A stretch of DNA of 64,000 nt from Thermoplasmatales archaeon SG8-52-3 (lineage in GTDB: Archaea > Thermoplasmatota > E2 > DHVEG-1), in assembly GCA_001595915.1 (NCBI GenBank), contig LSSG01000053.1, forward strand, positions 3,416-67,415. The letters run 5' to 3'. A model generated the notes under the pieces. That model had not been told where the DNA came from and made no database searches. It was given only the letters and a program-made list of their open reading frames with translations. Positions 59,642 to 64,000 of the stretch are shown here, piece after piece. The position numbers were made by a program, and so were the translations under genes. Numbering within the stretch: position 1 is the stretch's first letter; each line of letters begins with the position of its first letter.

Positions 59642-61045
59642 TTATTCTTTTTTATCTTTCTTTGGAAAATATTTCTCAATATATTTTTCATCGATTTTCT
59701 TAAGTTCAGATTTTGGAAGTTCTGAAAGAAGTTTCCAACCAATTGTCAGAGTATCAATAATACTTCTATTTTCATGAGTATCCTGAGTAACAAATTTTTT
59801 TTCAAATTCATCTGCAAATTTTAAGAATTTTCTATCTCTATCAGATAATGCATCTTCACCAACAATTGCTACAAGATCTCTTAAGTCACAACCTTCAGCA
59901 TAAGCTGCATAAAGTTGGTTTGATACCCCTGCATGATCCTCCCTAGTCCTATCTTTTCCAATTCCTCTATCCATAAGTCTAGATAAGCATGGAAGAACCG
60001 CAACAGGAGGATAAATATCCTTTTTATGAAGTCCTCTATTAAGAACAATTTGACCTTCAGTAATATAACCAGTTAAATCTGGGATTGGATGAGTGATATC
60101 ATCATCTGGCATAGTAAGCATTGGGATTTGTGTAATTGAACCTTTTTTTCCTTTAATTCTACCTGCTCGTTCATAAATTGTTGCAAGATCTGTATACATA
60201 TATCCAGGGTAACCTCTACGACCAGGAACTTCTTCTCTAGCTGCTGCAATTTCTCTTAGAGCTTCAGCATAATTCGTAAGATCTGTAAGAATAATTAAAA
60301 CCTGCATATTAAGATCAAATGCAAGATATTCAGCACAAGTAAGAGCCATTCTAGGAAGAATTATTCTTTCAATAGTTGGATCATCAGCAAGATTCAAAAA
60401 CATAACAGTTCTTTCAAGAGCACCTGTATTTTCAAAATCTTTTATGAATAAATTAGCTTCTTCAGCAGTAATACCCATTGCACAAAAAACAACAGCAAAG
60501 GTTTCTTCCCTTCCAAGAACCCTTGCTTGTCTAGCAATTTGAGCAGCCATTTCATTATGAGGAAGACCAGCTCCTGAAAAAATTGGTAATTTTTGACCAC
60601 GAACTAGTGTATTTAGTCCATCTATAGTTGAAATTCCTGTCTGAATAAACTCTCTTGGATACTCTCTAGCATAAGGATTAATTGGATTTCCATTGATATC
60701 TCTTCTATCATCAGGAATTATTGGTGGTGCATCATCAATAGGATTACCTGTTCCATCAAAAACACGACCTAAAATGTCTTTTGCAACACCAAGTTTCATA
60801 GTCTCTCCAATAAAACGAGCAGATGTGTTTTTAGTGTCAAGACCTTTAGTTCCTTCAAAAACTTGAACTATTGCTTTATCCATAAATGCTTCAAGTACTT
60901 GACCGGTTCGTTCTTCACCTGATGCTGTCCTAATCTTTACAACCTCATTATATGCAACATCTTTGATTCCTTCAACAACCATAAGAGGACCAGCAACTTC
61001 TGATACTGATGAATATTCGATATCCTTATTGCTCATTTTAGTCAC
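59642..61045 (-). CDS. atpB: A1A0/V-type ATP synthase subunit B
   Basis: 467 aa, non-catalytic nucleotide-binding subunit. Overlaps atpA by 8 nt. Confidence 0.9.
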   Translation of the reverse strand: MTKMSNKDIEYSSVSEVAGPLMVVEGIKDVAYNEVVKIRTASGEERTGQVLEAFMDKAIVQVFEGTKGLDTKNTSARFIGETMKLGVAKDILGRVFDGTGNPIDDAPPIIPDDRRDINGNPINPYAREYPREFIQTGISTIDGLNTLVRGQKLPIFSGAGLPHNEMAAQIARQARVLGREETFAVVFCAMGITAEEANLFIKDFENTGALERTVMFLNLADDPTIERIILPRMALTCAEYLAFDLNMQVLIILTDLTNYAEALREIAAAREEVPGRRGYPGYMYTDLATIYERAGRIKGKKGSITQIPMLTMPDDDITHPIPDLTGYITEGQIVLNRGLHKKDIYPPVAVLPCLSRLMDRGIGKDRTREDHAGVSNQLYAAYAEGCDLRDLVAIVGEDALSDRDRKFLKFADEFEKKFVTQDTHENRSIIDTLTIGWKLLSELPKSELKKIDEKYIEKYFPKKDKKE

Positions 61046-62831
61046 CCCGCTTAATAAGAGCTTCTAACTCTTTATCCATTTCTTTTTCAATTTCCACAAA
61101 TCTCTTTCCAAATTCCCTATTTGGAACAGTTTTCATTCTAGCAAGATTTTCACAGGATTTCATAGCTAATATATCATCCATATGAACGTTTTTTTCAACT
61201 GCATGTTGTATCTTATCAGAAAAATCAAGAGCGAGTCTTAACATCTCATATTGTTTTTTACCAGGACAATAAGTATCAATTTCATGAAATGCACTCTGCT
61301 GAAGGAAGTCTTCTCTAATCATCCTAGCACTTTCAAGTAAAGCTCTTTCTCTTGGAGGTAGAGCATCAGGACCAACTAGTTTTACAATTTCTTCAAGTTC
61401 TGATTCTTTTTGAAGTAAAGCCATTGCTTTATTTCTAAGTTTAAGCCAATCTTTTCCTATCTCCTTACCCCACCAGTCCTTTATTTCATCAAGATATAAT
61501 GAATAAGATTTTAACCAATTTATAGATGGAAAATGTCTTCTATCAGCAAGATCAGCATCAAGAGCCCAAAAAACCTTAACAATGCGAAGTGTATTTTGGG
61601 CAACAGGTTCTGAAAAATCTCCACCAGGAGGAGACACCGCACCCATTACAGAAACAGATCCTTCCCTATCTTTAGAGCCTAGAAGTCTAACTCTACCTGC
61701 TCTTTCATAAAATTCCGCAAGTCTAGATGCAAGATAAGCAGGATACCCTTCCTCACCAGGCATCTCTTCAAGACGACCAGAAATTTCTCTCATCGCTTCA
61801 GCTAGTCTAGATGTACTGTCAGCCATTAATGCAACATCATAACCCATATCTCTATAATATTCTGCAATAGTAATTCCAGTATATACACTAGCATCTCTTG
61901 CAGCAACTGGCATATTTGAAGTATTTGCAATCAGAACAGTACGATTCATTAAAGGTTCACCAGATTTGGGGTCTTCAAGTTCTGGAAACTCCCTAAGTAC
62001 ATCAGTCATTTCATTTCCACGTTCACCACATCCAACATAAATAACAACTTGGGCATCACTCCATTTTGCCAATTGATGGAGCATTACTGTTTTTCCAGTT
62101 CCAAATCCACCAGGAATTGCAGCAGTACCTCCTTTTGCTACAGGAAAAAATGTATCAATAATTCGTTGACCAGTAATTAAAGGAAGAGTTGGGTCAAATT
62201 TTTTTGCAATTGGTCTTGGTTTTCTGACAGGCCATTTTTGCATCATTTGTAATTTTATATCACCCTTATCAGTTGAAACAAGAGCAATATCATCCTCAAC
62301 TGTGTAGTCACCTTCTTTATAAATTTTTAAAATCTTTCCACTAACATCAGGTGGTACTATTATTTTATGTAAAATAATTGAAGTTTCCTGGACTTCCCCA
62401 ATAACATCACAACCATTTACCATATCTCCTGCTTTTAAAAGAGGTTTGAAATGCCATTTCTTATTTCTATCAAGAGCAGGTACTTCAACACCACGCTCAA
62501 TGAAATCACCAGTTTTTTCATAAATACCAGGAAGTGGTCTTTGAATTCCATCATAAATGTTAGTAAGAAGTCCTGGACCTAATTCCACAGATAGAGGCAT
62601 ACCTGTAGAAATTACCTTTTCACCAGGTTTTAAACCAACAGTGTCTTCATAAACCTGAATAATAGCATTATCCTTATCTAGACGAATAATTTCACCAATC
62701 AAATTTGCCTCTCCAACCCTAACAACATCATACATCTTTGCCCCACGCATACCATCTGCTTCAATAACAGGTCCAGAGATTCTGACTATTTTCCCTTTTT
62801 GTAACTCTTTTGTCATGTATTTTGCCTCCAA
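61038..62831 (-). CDS. atpA: A1A0/V-type ATP synthase catalytic subunit A
   Basis: P-loop GGFGTGKTV. 597 aa. Confidence 0.9.
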   Translation of the reverse strand: MEAKYMTKELQKGKIVRISGPVIEADGMRGAKMYDVVRVGEANLIGEIIRLDKDNAIIQVYEDTVGLKPGEKVISTGMPLSVELGPGLLTNIYDGIQRPLPGIYEKTGDFIERGVEVPALDRNKKWHFKPLLKAGDMVNGCDVIGEVQETSIILHKIIVPPDVSGKILKIYKEGDYTVEDDIALVSTDKGDIKLQMMQKWPVRKPRPIAKKFDPTLPLITGQRIIDTFFPVAKGGTAAIPGGFGTGKTVMLHQLAKWSDAQVVIYVGCGERGNEMTDVLREFPELEDPKSGEPLMNRTVLIANTSNMPVAARDASVYTGITIAEYYRDMGYDVALMADSTSRLAEAMREISGRLEEMPGEEGYPAYLASRLAEFYERAGRVRLLGSKDREGSVSVMGAVSPPGGDFSEPVAQNTLRIVKVFWALDADLADRRHFPSINWLKSYSLYLDEIKDWWGKEIGKDWLKLRNKAMALLQKESELEEIVKLVGPDALPPRERALLESARMIREDFLQQSAFHEIDTYCPGKKQYEMLRLALDFSDKIQHAVEKNVHMDDILAMKSCENLARMKTVPNREFGKRFVEIEKEMDKELEALIKRGD

Positions 62832-62837
62832 ATATAT

Positions 62838-63152
62838 CTATCCTTTTTCTACCTCAACTCCAACTGCTTTTTTAATTAAATGTGAAATATAATCCACATG
62901 ATCCTTTATTCTTCCTTTTTTATCAGGAATTTCAACAATTATTGGTGTATCATGACTTAATCTGTAATCCTTAAGATATTTCCCAAGAGATTCGACAATT
63001 TTCTCTGTTATAAATAATATTCCAATATCGTCTCTTTCACAGATTTTATTCCATATCTCTTTATCATTTCCATCTGGAACAAAAACGTCGTGAACACCAG
63101 TAAGTCTAAAACCAACTGCAGTATCTTTGTCACCTAAAACTGCTATTTTCAA
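62838..63152 (-). CDS. atpF: A1A0/V-type ATP synthase subunit F
   Basis: MKIAVLGDKDTAVGFRLTGV start typical of subunit F. Confidence 0.8.
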   Translation of the reverse strand: MKIAVLGDKDTAVGFRLTGVHDVFVPDGNDKEIWNKICERDDIGILFITEKIVESLGKYLKDYRLSHDTPIIVEIPDKKGRIKDHVDYISHLIKKAVGVEVEKG

Positions 63153-64000
63153 GAGCCTACCTCCATTACTAAATAGCTTTTATATGTTTCAGATGAAAGA
63201 CCTTCAGATATTGCCTTTGAAACAATCTTTAAATTCTCAATTTCAAATTCCTTTGAAACAATATATCTTATTGTTGGACCTATTGTTACATAATTTTTTG
63301 TTGATATATTTTCAACAAGTTTTAAAAGATTAGAATCAAGAGCATTTTCAAGAATCTGGACTGATTTTGAAGTATTATATTCTTCAATTACATTTTTTAA
63401 GGAATCAAAATAAGAAGTACCTTCAAGACTCGAAATTACATGAGGAACAGAATCTTGTTCTGCAATTACCGAAAATTTCCATGAAGCAATTTCTTGTCCT
63501 TCACCAATAAATAATTTTTTACATGCGTCCAAATCATATCCAAGTTGCTTTGCTCTTAGAATATTCTTAATCGTAATTGTGTCAATTAATGTTCCAACAA
63601 ACTTTTGTTTAGCATTTTCACATTTGTATGGTACTTTTGTATTTTTGAATTTTTTGATTATATATTTTTCAATCTCTGTATCAATTTTTAAAAATTCATA
63701 ATTTTCTTCAATTATAGTATCTATTAAATCTTTTTCAAAACCATAATCTTTCAAAGTTTCAGGTAAATTTTGCTTTTCTGATTCGATAATTTTTTGTAAA
63801 AGATTCTTTGATTTCGGTAGAATAACAGAATCAATTGTTCTATCATCTATTTTTTTTTCTTCAAGCTTAGTTTTTATTGTATTTTTTATGAGATAGATAT
63901 CATACTTCTCAAGGAAATTATTGAAAAAATCTTTCATCTTTTTTGAACTTTCTTTTTGCATCATCTTAATTGTTTGAATTAAATTATCATCTAATGACTG
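63149..64000 (-). CDS. atpC: A1A0/V-type ATP synthase subunit C, N-terminus beyond the window
   Basis: The frame stays open upstream of Met 63964 to the window edge. Position upstream of atpF matches archaeal operon order. Confidence 0.65.
   Translation of the reverse strand, partial: QSLDDNLIQTIKMMQKESSKKMKDFFNNFLEKYDIYLIKNTIKTKLEEKKIDDRTIDSVILPKSKNLLQKIIESEKQNLPETLKDYGFEKDLIDTIIEENYEFLKIDTEIEKYIIKKFKNTKVPYKCENAKQKFVGTLIDTITIKNILRAKQLGYDLDACKKLFIGEGQEIASWKFSVIAEQDSVPHVISSLEGTSYFDSLKNVIEEYNTSKSVQILENALDSNLLKLVENISTKNYVTIGPTIRYIVSKEFEIENLKIVSKAISEGLSSETYKSYLVMEVGS

Noticed and set aside
107-63333. Many short ORFs in the six-frame track lying antisense to or inside larger genes. Examples: 107..289, 4851..5051, 5486..5728, 6563..6754, 11344..11535, 16433..16657, 18482..18682, 20364..20603, 23507..23776, 24577..24909, 27178..27543, 30143..30337, 32536..33313, 35476..35661, 36037..36246, 37758..37943, 38210..38425, 39054..39296, 41215..41406, 41791..42000, 45435..45638, 50468..50674, 51452..51646, 51824..52027, 54401..54613, 56401..56646, 57756..58140, 58470..58664, 59023..59223, 63127..63333.
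   Set aside because: They overlap confidently identified genes on the opposite strand or in another frame. Their low-complexity compositions are typical of shadow ORFs in AT-rich DNA.

Overview
This is a very AT-rich (low-GC by eye), gene-dense archaeal chromosomal window. The archaeal assignment rests on an A1A0/V-type ATPase operon (atpC-F-A-B-D, 58998..64000, minus strand), a membrane-anchored LonB protease, Hef helicase/nuclease, NMN adenylyltransferase, Nop5, and the classic archaeal L21e-RpoF-DUF655-KsgA block with Pus10. Other housekeeping genes include leuS, pyrD/pyrK, family-4 UDG, TrkH, an OPT transporter, a sodium:solute symporter and an ABC exporter.

The most interesting region is a ~16 kb island (about 2.0-17.9 kb) ending at a tRNA-Pro(GGG) gene. 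It packs five radical-SAM enzymes: three small radical SAM/SPASM-type, one B12-binding class B, and one with a MiaB-like N-domain. Alongside them are a PAPS-type sulfotransferase, a TylF-like methyltransferase, a DUF3419/BtaA-like protein and a GT4 glycosyltransferase. It also carries a complete amino-sugar cassette (DegT aminotransferase, SDR epimerase/dehydratase, GNAT), a CE4 deacetylase, and a secreted seven-repeat LanC-like protein with intact Zn-ligand motifs (SHG, WCHG, CHG). The LanC-like protein shares a ~110-aa C-terminal module with a distant secreted protein that has a choice-of-anchor-J-like domain (34151..35287).

Three genes (epimerase, PyrD, LanC-like) appear to initiate at AUU/CUG codons 5-7 nt downstream of strong Shine-Dalgarno motifs. 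Other observations: a small secreted ORF interrupted by an in-frame TAA, two paralogous 141-aa membrane proteins, GC-rich inverted repeats, Nop5 without an adjacent fibrillarin, and orphan two-component parts. No CRISPR array, integrase or transposase is visible.
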